Assembly: GCA_964397985.1 (NCBI GenBank)
Contig: CAYNLD010000013.1
Span: 2,586 to 34,585 of the forward strand
Length of the DNA stretch: 32,000 bases
Direction of reading: 5' to 3'
From: an uncultured Propionibacteriaceae bacterium
GTDB taxonomy: Bacteria > Actinomycetota > Actinomycetes > Propionibacteriales > Propionibacteriaceae
Shown: one piece after another, positions 9,277 to 16,926 of the stretch
Numbering within the stretch: the stretch's first letter is position 1
Layout: the number at the start of each line of letters is the position of its first letter
Notes under the pieces: generated by a model
The model's input: the letters and a program-made list of their open reading frames with translations, nothing else
Database searches by the model: none
Told to the model about the DNA's origin: nothing
Position numbers and translations under genes: made by a program

Positions 9277-11543
9277 GTGTCGACCTCGGAACCGCGAGGA
9301 TCCTGCTCACTGGTGGGACGGGTTTTGTCGGGCAGGCCATCCTCGAACGCCTGCTGAGCGGCCACCCCGGCACCACGGTCCTGGTGCTGGCGAGGGCGAA
9401 GGGCGAGCTGAGCGCCCAACAGCGGGTCGACTACCTGCGTGAGAAGGCGGTCTTCGCCCGCTGGCGCGAGGCCGTCGGCGAGGACGAGGCCCGGCGGCAG
9501 TTCGCCGAGCGGGTGCAGGTGGTCGAGGGTGATCTCGGCGCGCTCGGGCCGGAGCCGGAGCGACTCGACCTGGTCCTGCACAGTGCGTCCTCGGTGAACT
9601 TCGACGACCCGATCGACTCCGCGTTCGCGACCAACGTCACGGCTGTGGCGAGGCTCTATCAGGGTCTGCTGGACGCGGGCGCCGACCCCCACGTCGTCCA
9701 CATCTCCACCGCCTACGTGAACGCGGCGCGGAAGGGACCGGCAACGGAGGGCCCCGTCGATCATGAGGTGGACTGGCGGGCCGAGGAGGAAGCGGCACGG
9801 TCGGCCCGGACCCGGGTGGACGCGCGCTCGCGAGCCCCCGAAGAGCTGCGTCGGTTCCTGAGGGCCGCGCGGCAGGACGTCGGCAAGATCGGTCCGCAGG
9901 CGGTCGCAGAGGCCACCGAGGCGGCCCGGTGCGCCTGGGTGGACGCCGAACTGGTCGAGTACGGGCGCGCCCGCGCGCAGAGCCTGGGCTGGACCGACGC
10001 CTACACCCTGACCAAGGCGCTCGCGGAGCGGCTGGCGGAGGAGCTGTGGCTGGGTGGCGGGCACCGGCTCTCGATCGTGCGCCCTTCGATCATCGAGAGT
10101 GCGCTGCGGCACCCGTACCCGGGCTGGATCGACGGTTTCAAGGTGGCCGACCCCCTGATCGTGGCGTACGGCCGGGGTCACCTGCCGGAGTTCCCCGGGA
10201 TTCCCGACAGCGTGCTGGACGTGGTGCCGGTGGACTTCGTGGTGAATGCGGCGCTGGCCGCTGCGGCGACCGCTGCGCCGCGTGACCGGGCGCGCTACTT
10301 CCACGTGGTCTCCGGCACGTCGAACCCGCTGCCGATGCACCAGATGTACGAGAACATCCGGGCGTACTACACGGCGCACCCGATCCCGGGCGCGGACAGG
10401 CCCACCAGCGTGCCGGCGTGGCAGTTCCCCGGAGGGATCCGGTTCGAGGCGAGCCTGAGCCGCAAGGAGGTCGGGGCGACGCTCGGCGCCTCCGTGTTGT
10501 CCCGGCTGCCGACGACGCCGAAAGCTCGCGACCTGGCGGATTCACTGGCGTCGGCGCAGAAGAAGCTGCGGGCACTGCACCGGTTCTCCGAGCTGTACCA
10601 GGCCTACGTCCAGGCCGAGGTGGTCTTCGACGACGCGGCCACGCGGGCGCTGGACGCCGAGACCTCGGCCGGACCGCAGGACGATGCGGGGTTCGATGTG
10701 ACCGCCATCGACTGGGCGCACTACCTGCAGGAGATCCACCTGCCCTCGATCGCGGCACTCCCCCGCCGGCCGTCGCACGGGTCGCGGCCCGAGCGGACGC
10801 AGGCACCGCTGTCCCCGGCCCCGGACGTGCTGGCGGTGTTCGACCTGGAGGGCACGGTGCTGCACGCGAACCTGATCCAGCAGTACCTGTGGCTGCGGGA
10901 CGCGGAGCGGGACGTGACGGCAGTGCCACGGGAGTTGACCAAGATCCTGGCGCTGCTCCCCCGCTACCTCGCTGCCGAGCGGCGGGACCGCAGCGAGTTC
11001 ATCCGCAGCTTCCTGCGGCTACACAAGGGCATGTCTGTTGACGACATAAAGAGATACATCGACGGACGCGCGGGACGCAAGCTGCGCGCGCACCTGTTGA
11101 CGGACGCACTGGCGCGGGTCGAGGAGCATCGCGCGGCCGGCCACCACACCGTGCTGGTGACCGGTGGGGTGGACCTGCTGGCCGATGTGGCGGCGCCATG
11201 GTTCGACCGAGTTGTGGCGAGCGGACTGCACTCCCGCGACGGGGTGCTGACCGGCTACCTGGCGGCACCGCCAGTGGTGGGCGAGGCGCGGGCGGCGTGG
11301 TTGCGCGGCTATGCGGCCTCCGGAGGCTTCGACCTGGCGAAGTCCTACGGCTACGGCGACAGCCAGGCCGACACCTCCTGGCTGCGGCTGCTCGGCCACC
11401 CTGTGGCGGTGAACCCCGACCAGAGGCTCTACGGCTATGCCCGCACCCACCACTGGGATGTCGTCGAGTGGCGACAGACGGGCGCCCGCCCGCCAGTCCG
11501 ACCCGTCCAAACCCCCGCGACCGCAGCCAAGGAGGGCCGATAG
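9273..11543 (+). CDS. fatty acyl-CoA/ACP reductase (NAD_binding_4-type SDR) fused to a HAD-IB hydrolase domain
   Basis: The GTG at 9273 overlaps the upstream stop (GTGA). N-terminal LLTGGTGFVGQ Rossmann motif, ISTAYV and YTLTKALAE (YxxxK). The C-terminal third, from about 10824, has HAD motifs VFDLEGTV and GYGDSQAD. The track ORF start at 8910 lies inside the upstream gene and was not used. Confidence 0.85.
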   Translation: MSVDLGTARILLTGGTGFVGQAILERLLSGHPGTTVLVLARAKGELSAQQRVDYLREKAVFARWREAVGEDEARRQFAERVQVVEGDLGALGPEPERLDLVLHSASSVNFDDPIDSAFATNVTAVARLYQGLLDAGADPHVVHISTAYVNAARKGPATEGPVDHEVDWRAEEEAARSARTRVDARSRAPEELRRFLRAARQDVGKIGPQAVAEATEAARCAWVDAELVEYGRARAQSLGWTDAYTLTKALAERLAEELWLGGGHRLSIVRPSIIESALRHPYPGWIDGFKVADPLIVAYGRGHLPEFPGIPDSVLDVVPVDFVVNAALAAAATAAPRDRARYFHVVSGTSNPLPMHQMYENIRAYYTAHPIPGADRPTSVPAWQFPGGIRFEASLSRKEVGATLGASVLSRLPTTPKARDLADSLASAQKKLRALHRFSELYQAYVQAEVVFDDAATRALDAETSAGPQDDAGFDVTAIDWAHYLQEIHLPSIAALPRRPSHGSRPERTQAPLSPAPDVLAVFDLEGTVLHANLIQQYLWLRDAERDVTAVPRELTKILALLPRYLAAERRDRSEFIRSFLRLHKGMSVDDIKRYIDGRAGRKLRAHLLTDALARVEEHRAAGHHTVLVTGGVDLLADVAAPWFDRVVASGLHSRDGVLTGYLAAPPVVGEARAAWLRGYAASGGFDLAKSYGYGDSQADTSWLRLLGHPVAVNPDQRLYGYARTHHWDVVEWRQTGARPPVRPVQTPATAAKEGR

Positions 11544-12356
11544 ATGGCATTCGACGTGGACTCCTACGCCGAGACCTCTGCGGGAGTGACCTGGCAGGAC
11601 CTGGACTTCGACAGCTTCGAGAGCCAGCCGCTGTCGCAGGACACACTGCACACGCTGCGCTACATGTGCGCCGTGGAGTACCACACGATCTGCTACCTGC
11701 GGGACCTCCTGGTGACCCCGTCCCACAAGGAGCGGGATGTGAACGCCTTCATGACGATGTGGAACCGCGAGGAGTACTGGCACGGCGAGGCGCTGGCCGC
11801 CGTGCTGGCCCGGCACGGCATCACCGTGGGCTACGACGAGCTGAAGGCTGCGCGGGTGAAGCTGGAGTGGCGCGACAAGCTGGCGCCGCTGAAGCAGTCG
11901 GTGCTGGGCAACATCGTCGGTGACGACTTCGTCGCTGTGCACATGAGCTGGGGCGCAGCGAACGAGTGGAGCGCCACCGCGGCCTACCGGCGGCTGGCGC
12001 AGCTCGAGCAGCACCCCGCGCTCTCGCCGCTGCTGCAGCGGATCGGCCAGCAGGAAACCCGACACACGGCGTTCTACGCGACCCAGGCGCGCAAGCGGCT
12101 GGAGACCTCGAAGATGGCGCGGGTGCTGACCCGGCTCGTGCTGGCGAAGGCCTGGCGCCCGGTGGGCTCCTCGATCTCCGAGCCGGAGGATCTCGACCAC
12201 GTGATGCGACACCTGTTCAGCGGCCACGACGGCCTGGCGGAGATCCGGCGAATCGACGCGAATATCGCGAAGCTGCCGGGCATGGAGGGCCTGACGATCT
12301 TCGAGACCGCTGTCCGTCCCCACGACATGGACTGGCCCGCTCCCGACCCCGCCTGA
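11544..12356 (+). CDS. soluble diiron-carboxylate protein, acyl-ACP-desaturase-like
   Basis: The ATG immediately follows the upstream TAG, with AAGGAGGG 7 nt upstream. The full E / ExxH / E / ExxH ligand set is present (AVEYH, WNREEYWHGE, AANEWS, QQETRH). WNREEYWHGE resembles the WTAEENRHG box of soluble desaturases. Confidence 0.8.
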   Translation: MAFDVDSYAETSAGVTWQDLDFDSFESQPLSQDTLHTLRYMCAVEYHTICYLRDLLVTPSHKERDVNAFMTMWNREEYWHGEALAAVLARHGITVGYDELKAARVKLEWRDKLAPLKQSVLGNIVGDDFVAVHMSWGAANEWSATAAYRRLAQLEQHPALSPLLQRIGQQETRHTAFYATQARKRLETSKMARVLTRLVLAKAWRPVGSSISEPEDLDHVMRHLFSGHDGLAEIRRIDANIAKLPGMEGLTIFETAVRPHDMDWPAPDPA

Positions 12357-12537
12357 GCCACCGCCACCGTCAAGGTCCGTGCCGCGACGACACTGTTTCC
12401 GGAATAGGTCGTCCCGACACGTAACGCCGGCCGCCTCTGCAGCGGTTTAGCAATTGAGGTCGTTTCTCGCCGTCTCGCAGACCCCGGCTTCGGCGACCCC
12501 AGGCTCACTTTCCAGAGCGGCCATAAGGAGCACCCCC

Positions 12538-12954
12538 GTGCGAAACCGAAAGGACAACAGAGGGGCGGTGGCGGTCGAGTTCGCCCTCGTGGTGCCCGTG
12601 TTGATGATCCTGATGCTGGGCATCGTGGAGTTCAGCTACGCCTTCCTCATGCAGGCCTCGGTGGCGAACGCCGCCCGGATCGGTGCGCGCAACTACGCCA
12701 TCAACTACTCCATCGCGATCAAGACCGGGCAGTCGCAGGCGTCGCTCCAGCAGGCCGCGATCCAGGTCGCCACGGACACCACACCGGTCCCAGCCAACGT
12801 GGTCTCCGGCAGCTTTTCCGCGGACTGCGCCCCGCAGCAGCAGACGACGCTCACCCTGCTCTACCGCTACCGCTCCTTGACCGGGTGGTTCGACGGAATC
12901 CTTGGCAGTTCGGTCAACCTGAAGGGGATTGGGAGCATGCAATGCGGAGGCTGA
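12538..12954 (+). CDS. tadE: TadE-like Flp pilus assembly / pseudopilin protein
   Basis: N-terminus NRGAVAVEFALVVPVLMILMLGIVEF is the TadE-type hydrophobic segment. The GTG at 12538 has AAGGAG 7 nt upstream. Confidence 0.8.
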   Translation: MRNRKDNRGAVAVEFALVVPVLMILMLGIVEFSYAFLMQASVANAARIGARNYAINYSIAIKTGQSQASLQQAAIQVATDTTPVPANVVSGSFSADCAPQQQTTLTLLYRYRSLTGWFDGILGSSVNLKGIGSMQCGG

Positions 12955-13871
12955 TCCGACCGGCGTCCCGCCAACGCGGCGCAACGGCGGTGATCGTCGC
13001 GATCTCAATGATGGCGATGCTCGGCTTCGCGGCCGTCGCCATCGACCTCGGCGGCGCCTACGCCGAACACCAGCAGTTGCAGAACGGGGCCGATGCCGGG
13101 GCGCTCGCGATCGCCCAGTCCTGCGCGCTCGGCGATTGCGTCGACGGCTCGGACAAGTACGCGAAGGCGAACAAGCTGGACGGCCAGGCCACCGGTAAGG
13201 TCGTCGGCACGATCACCTCCCCGGTCACAGTCGAGACGAGCAGCGTCCGGAAGAACTGGTTCGGCGCCGTCATCGGGATCCCGACGAGCACCCTCACCGC
13301 ACGAGCCACCGCCGAGTGGGGCTGGCCGTCCGGCGGCGCGACGCTGCCGTTGACCTTCTCCTGGTGCGCCTTCCGCGAGGCGACAGGCGGCTGGGACGTC
13401 GCCCTGGGGGACAAGCTCCCCGACACAGAGACGACCATCCACCTCATCGAGAAGACCTGCACTCCCCCGGCGCACAACGAGGTCGCCGGCGGGTTCGGGT
13501 GGCTCACCGGGATCAACTGCTCCGCCACCGTGTACGCCGACAACTGGGTGCTTTCCGACCCGGGCAACGACGGCTCGACCTCGTGCAAGGACTTCGACTG
13601 GACCGCGCTCCTCAGCAAGCCGGTGCTGGTGCCGATCTTCGAGGAGACCACCGGTTCGGGCAGCAACGCCATGTACAAGATCAAGGGCCTCGCCGCCTTC
13701 GAGATCAGCGGGTACTGCTTCGCACAGGACGCGCAGTGGAACGTCACCAAGTGTCCGGCCGACAAGCAGATCAAGGGCCACTTCACGGACTACGTCGACC
13801 TCAGCGGCGACTACACCATCGACGCCAACGCCACCCACTTCGGCGTGGCCACGGTCAAGCTGTCTGCCTGA
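12942..13871 (+). CDS. TadG-like (Tad N-terminal domain) pilus assembly protein
   Basis: QRGATAVIVAISMMAMLGFAAVAIDLGGAYAEHQQLQNGADAGALA matches the TadG-type N-terminal domain. Its start overlaps the end of tadE by 13 nt. Confidence 0.75.
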   Translation: MRRLIRPASRQRGATAVIVAISMMAMLGFAAVAIDLGGAYAEHQQLQNGADAGALAIAQSCALGDCVDGSDKYAKANKLDGQATGKVVGTITSPVTVETSSVRKNWFGAVIGIPTSTLTARATAEWGWPSGGATLPLTFSWCAFREATGGWDVALGDKLPDTETTIHLIEKTCTPPAHNEVAGGFGWLTGINCSATVYADNWVLSDPGNDGSTSCKDFDWTALLSKPVLVPIFEETTGSGSNAMYKIKGLAAFEISGYCFAQDAQWNVTKCPADKQIKGHFTDYVDLSGDYTIDANATHFGVATVKLSA

Positions 13872-13939
13872 GCGCCGGGCGCGCTGGTGACCCGGGGGCG
13901 ATGGCGGATGGACGGGCCGACCCGAGCTATCGTCGTGGC

Positions 13940-14800
13940 ATGCAGACCTTCCACCTGGGTGAGTTCACGGTGCGCCGGATGGGATTCGGTGCGATGCAGC
14001 TGCCGGGACGCGGAGTGATGGGCCCGCCGCGTGACCACGACGAGGCGATCCGGGTGCTCCGGCGCGCAGTCGAGCTCGGCGTGAACCACATCGACACTGC
14101 ACAGTTCTACGGCCCGGACGTGGCGAACGAGTTGATCCGGGAGGCCCTGCACCCCTACCCGGACGACCTCGTGCTGGTCACCAAGGTGGGGTCGCTGAGG
14201 GACGCAGAGGGGAACTGGAACCCTGCCCAGCGCCCGGAGCAGCTCCGCGCGGCCGTTGAGGACAACCTGCGCACCCTCGGCATCGAGCGGATCGGCGCGG
14301 TGAACCTGCGGCTGATGGACCACGAGCCGGACGACCCCGCGCAGCGGGTGCCACTGGAGGACAAGCTCGCCGAACTGGTGGCGTTGCGCGAGGAGGGCAA
14401 GCTCGCCGGAGTCGGCATCTCGACGGCCAGCGCGCCGCAGGTGCAACAGGCGATCGAGCAGGCACGCATCGTCTGCGTCCAGAACGCCTACAGCCTGCTC
14501 GACCAGAGCGACGTCGCGGTGCTGGACCTGTGTCAGGCGCAGGGCGTCGCCTACGTCCCGTACTTCCCGCTCGGCTCGGCGTTCCCGCACCTGCCGAAAG
14601 TGAGCGACGACCCCGCCGTCCGGGCAGTCGCCGCCCGGCTGGGCGCGACACCGGCGCAGGTGGGACTCGCCTGGCTACTCGCGCACCGGGAGAACATTCT
14701 GTTGATCCCGGGGACGTCGAGTGTTGCCCACCTTGAGCAGAACCTGGCGGCGACCGAGGTGACGCTCAGCGCCGACGACCTCGCGGAGCTGGACCGCTAG
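13940..14800 (+). CDS. aldo/keto reductase
   Basis: MGFGAMQLPG...AIRVLRRAVELGVNHIDTAQFYG...LVTKVG... are AKR signatures. The start was chosen at the ATG giving MQTFHLGEF. An upstream in-frame ATG (MADGRADPS...) about 13 codons earlier is an alternative. Confidence 0.9.
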   Translation: MQTFHLGEFTVRRMGFGAMQLPGRGVMGPPRDHDEAIRVLRRAVELGVNHIDTAQFYGPDVANELIREALHPYPDDLVLVTKVGSLRDAEGNWNPAQRPEQLRAAVEDNLRTLGIERIGAVNLRLMDHEPDDPAQRVPLEDKLAELVALREEGKLAGVGISTASAPQVQQAIEQARIVCVQNAYSLLDQSDVAVLDLCQAQGVAYVPYFPLGSAFPHLPKVSDDPAVRAVAARLGATPAQVGLAWLLAHRENILLIPGTSSVAHLEQNLAATEVTLSADDLAELDR

Positions 14801-14833
14801 CGAGCTCTCGGGCCGCACGGCAGGTGTCGCCCG

Positions 14834-15358
14834 TTGGGGGTCTGGTGGGAGCCGGCCAGGGCTCGGCAAGCTGCAGGCGTGTCAATCCTGACCTCCACCA
14901 CGTCGACAGTCGTCCACTCCGCCGGGGTGCCGCAGCCCGTGCCGTACGTCCCACGACGCAGCGAGCAGGGACGGACGACCGAGTCCGGGCTGATGGTCGT
15001 CCCCTCGTCCCGGTGGGGGCTGCGTCGACTCTACGTCAACACGGGCGACGGCGAACGCGTGGGCTGGATGGACCTCGACACCGGCAACCGGAGCCTCACC
15101 CTGCCGGAACTGAAGACCAGGTTCGACGCCGCGCTGCGCGAGGCGTGTGGCGTAGCAGCGGCGACGACGTATGCGCCGCGGCACAGCCTTGCCGACGTCC
15201 CGCACCGCGAGGAGGAGTCCGCGCCCATCCGCGAAGCCGCGGGAGAACCGACGTCCGTGGCAGCGGATCTTCCCCGAAGGCGCGCCTGCTCCGACCAGGA
15301 GCCCGGTGCTGCAGAGGATCAGCACACCGATTCGCCGGTCGGGCGCCGCGCGATCTGA
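14834..15358 (+). CDS. hypothetical protein (possible gene fragment)
   Basis: Third-position G/C bias is good in the central part. The ORF ends 8 nt before a strong hairpin. No family is recognised with confidence. The start is uncertain (GTG at 14879 is an alternative). Confidence 0.35.
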   Translation: MGVWWEPARARQAAGVSILTSTTSTVVHSAGVPQPVPYVPRRSEQGRTTESGLMVVPSSRWGLRRLYVNTGDGERVGWMDLDTGNRSLTLPELKTRFDAALREACGVAAATTYAPRHSLADVPHREEESAPIREAAGEPTSVAADLPRRRACSDQEPGAAEDQHTDSPVGRRAI

Positions 15359-15365
15359 GGCCCGA

Positions 15366-15389
15366 CGCAGACCCGCGGTCGGGTCTGCG
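15366..15389. terminator. bidirectional stem-loop between convergent genes
   Basis: CGCAGACCC (15366-15374) and GGGTCTGCG (15381-15389) form a perfect 9-bp GC-rich stem with a 6-nt loop. It sits between the stops at 15358 (+) and 15395 (-). There is no U-tract. Confidence 0.6.
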
Positions 15390-15394
15390 CCCCG

Positions 15395-15676
15395 TCACCA
15401 CCGCCGCACGCGCTGGCGGTGATTGCTCACGTTGTTGCCGTCGATCGCGGTGCGCTGGGTGCCACGCACCTCGTCCACCTTCTGGTCGGTGCCGGTGATC
15501 GGCTTCGACTCGATCAGCGTCTCCCGCTCGAAAGAGTGCGACCTGCCGGTGTTGCGGTAGAACTGGAACAACCCCCAGTAGACAGCGACCGCCCCCGCCG
15601 GGCCGAGCAGCAGGATCCACGGGGTGTCGCCGCTCGCGGCGAGCGGGATGAGCAGCCCGATCAGCAGCGTCGTCAT
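15395..15676 (-). CDS. small membrane protein (two predicted TM helices plus a polar tail)
   Basis: MTTLLIGLLIPLAASGDTPWILLLGPAGAVAVYWGLFQF followed by a charged tail. Its ATG overlaps the upstream stop (ATGA at 15673-15676). Third-position G/C is high. Confidence 0.6.
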   Translation of the reverse strand: MTTLLIGLLIPLAASGDTPWILLLGPAGAVAVYWGLFQFYRNTGRSHSFERETLIESKPITGTDQKVDEVRGTQRTAIDGNNVSNHRQRVRRW

Positions 15677-16917
15677 GACATCACCGCCAGGAGCCACAAC
15701 GCGACGCCCTCCAGCACGGTCCCGGCGGCCAGCGCGGCCAGAATCAGCCGTCCCTGCGAGACCGGGACGCTGCCCATCGTCTCGCCCGTCCGTCCGTTCA
15801 CCGCGATGTAGTGCACCATCGCGTGGCCGTTCTCCTCGTAGTAGTAGGAGTACAGCCACACCGGGAGGTACATCGACACCCAGCGCGTTCCGTGGACGAC
15901 GAGGTGCTCGTTCTCCCAGCGCACGCCGCGGTTGTACCGGGACACCGAACCCTCGACCTGGGAGCGCGCGATCGAGAGCAGCTGGTCCTCCAGGACGGGC
16001 TGAACCTGGGCCACGTCCTGGTCCCTGCGTTCGGAGGTGAAGCCGACGAGGTAGTTGGCGTTCCACTGCACCGCGTTCTTGGTGTCGAACGGCAGGATCG
16101 TGTTGATCACGTTGTTCGTGTTGACGAAAGCGTCCATGTTCGCGCGCTCTGCGGACGACTCGATGGTCAGGTCGTCGACGGCGAAATCGACATGCCGGGC
16201 GACCTGGTACACGTCCGCGTCGTAGTAGGTCTCCTCCTGATCGCCGTGCGTGCGGGTGTAGCGCCTGGTCTCGACCTCGCCGAAGCCCTGCACGTCGGCG
16301 CTGGCGTTGCCGTCGACGACCATGTAGGGCAGGTAGACGCCGACCACGTTCTCCGGGGCGAAGTCCCGGCGGAACTTCCGGTGGGCGAACAACCTGCGGG
16401 CGCCGGCGAACTCCCGGATGTGCGCCAGAGCCCGGTCACGGGTGATGCCGAAGGGCAGGACCGCGTCGGGCACAGCGCCGTTGGGCACCTGCTCGTTGAT
16501 GGTGAGGATGTGCCTGCACCAGTGACAGCGGGACGACATCGCCTCGGCGGTGTTCACCACGACCTCCGAACCGCACCCCGGGCACTTCAGGGTGATCACC
16601 CCGGACACCTCCGGCGAGATGTCCGTCGCACCCGAGGCGACGACCGTCCCCGTGAGGTCCTGCAAGGCGCCCTCCCCGGCCACCACCGGTTCGATCCTCG
16701 CCTCGGACCACTCGTAGCGGCAGAACAGGCAGACCAGCTTGCCTGCGGAGACGCGCAGCTGGATCTCGGTCGAGCCGCACTTCGGGCACCGGTTGAGGCC
16801 GTCGTGGAGGGCCTGGTTCGCGGTGTCCACGGTCTGCGGACCGGGCGCCCCGGGTGGCACGGCGCCGGGTTGCCCCGGGCCGGTCACCGCCTCGGGCGTG
16901 GCCTGGGAGTCGGTCAT
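15673..16917 (-). CDS. double zinc-ribbon protein with a C-terminal TM anchor (YdjG / TFIIB-type zinc-ribbon-like)
   Basis: Two CxxC...CxxC units are present (CPKCGSTEIQLRVSAGKLVCLFC; CPGCGSEVVVNTAEAMSSRCHWC). There is a C-terminal hydrophobic helix (LILAALAAGTVLEGVALWLLAV). It starts 9 nt after the SPFH gene stop. Confidence 0.8.
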   Translation of the reverse strand: MTDSQATPEAVTGPGQPGAVPPGAPGPQTVDTANQALHDGLNRCPKCGSTEIQLRVSAGKLVCLFCRYEWSEARIEPVVAGEGALQDLTGTVVASGATDISPEVSGVITLKCPGCGSEVVVNTAEAMSSRCHWCRHILTINEQVPNGAVPDAVLPFGITRDRALAHIREFAGARRLFAHRKFRRDFAPENVVGVYLPYMVVDGNASADVQGFGEVETRRYTRTHGDQEETYYDADVYQVARHVDFAVDDLTIESSAERANMDAFVNTNNVINTILPFDTKNAVQWNANYLVGFTSERRDQDVAQVQPVLEDQLLSIARSQVEGSVSRYNRGVRWENEHLVVHGTRWVSMYLPVWLYSYYYEENGHAMVHYIAVNGRTGETMGSVPVSQGRLILAALAAGTVLEGVALWLLAVMS

Positions 16918-16926
16918 CTCGGAATC

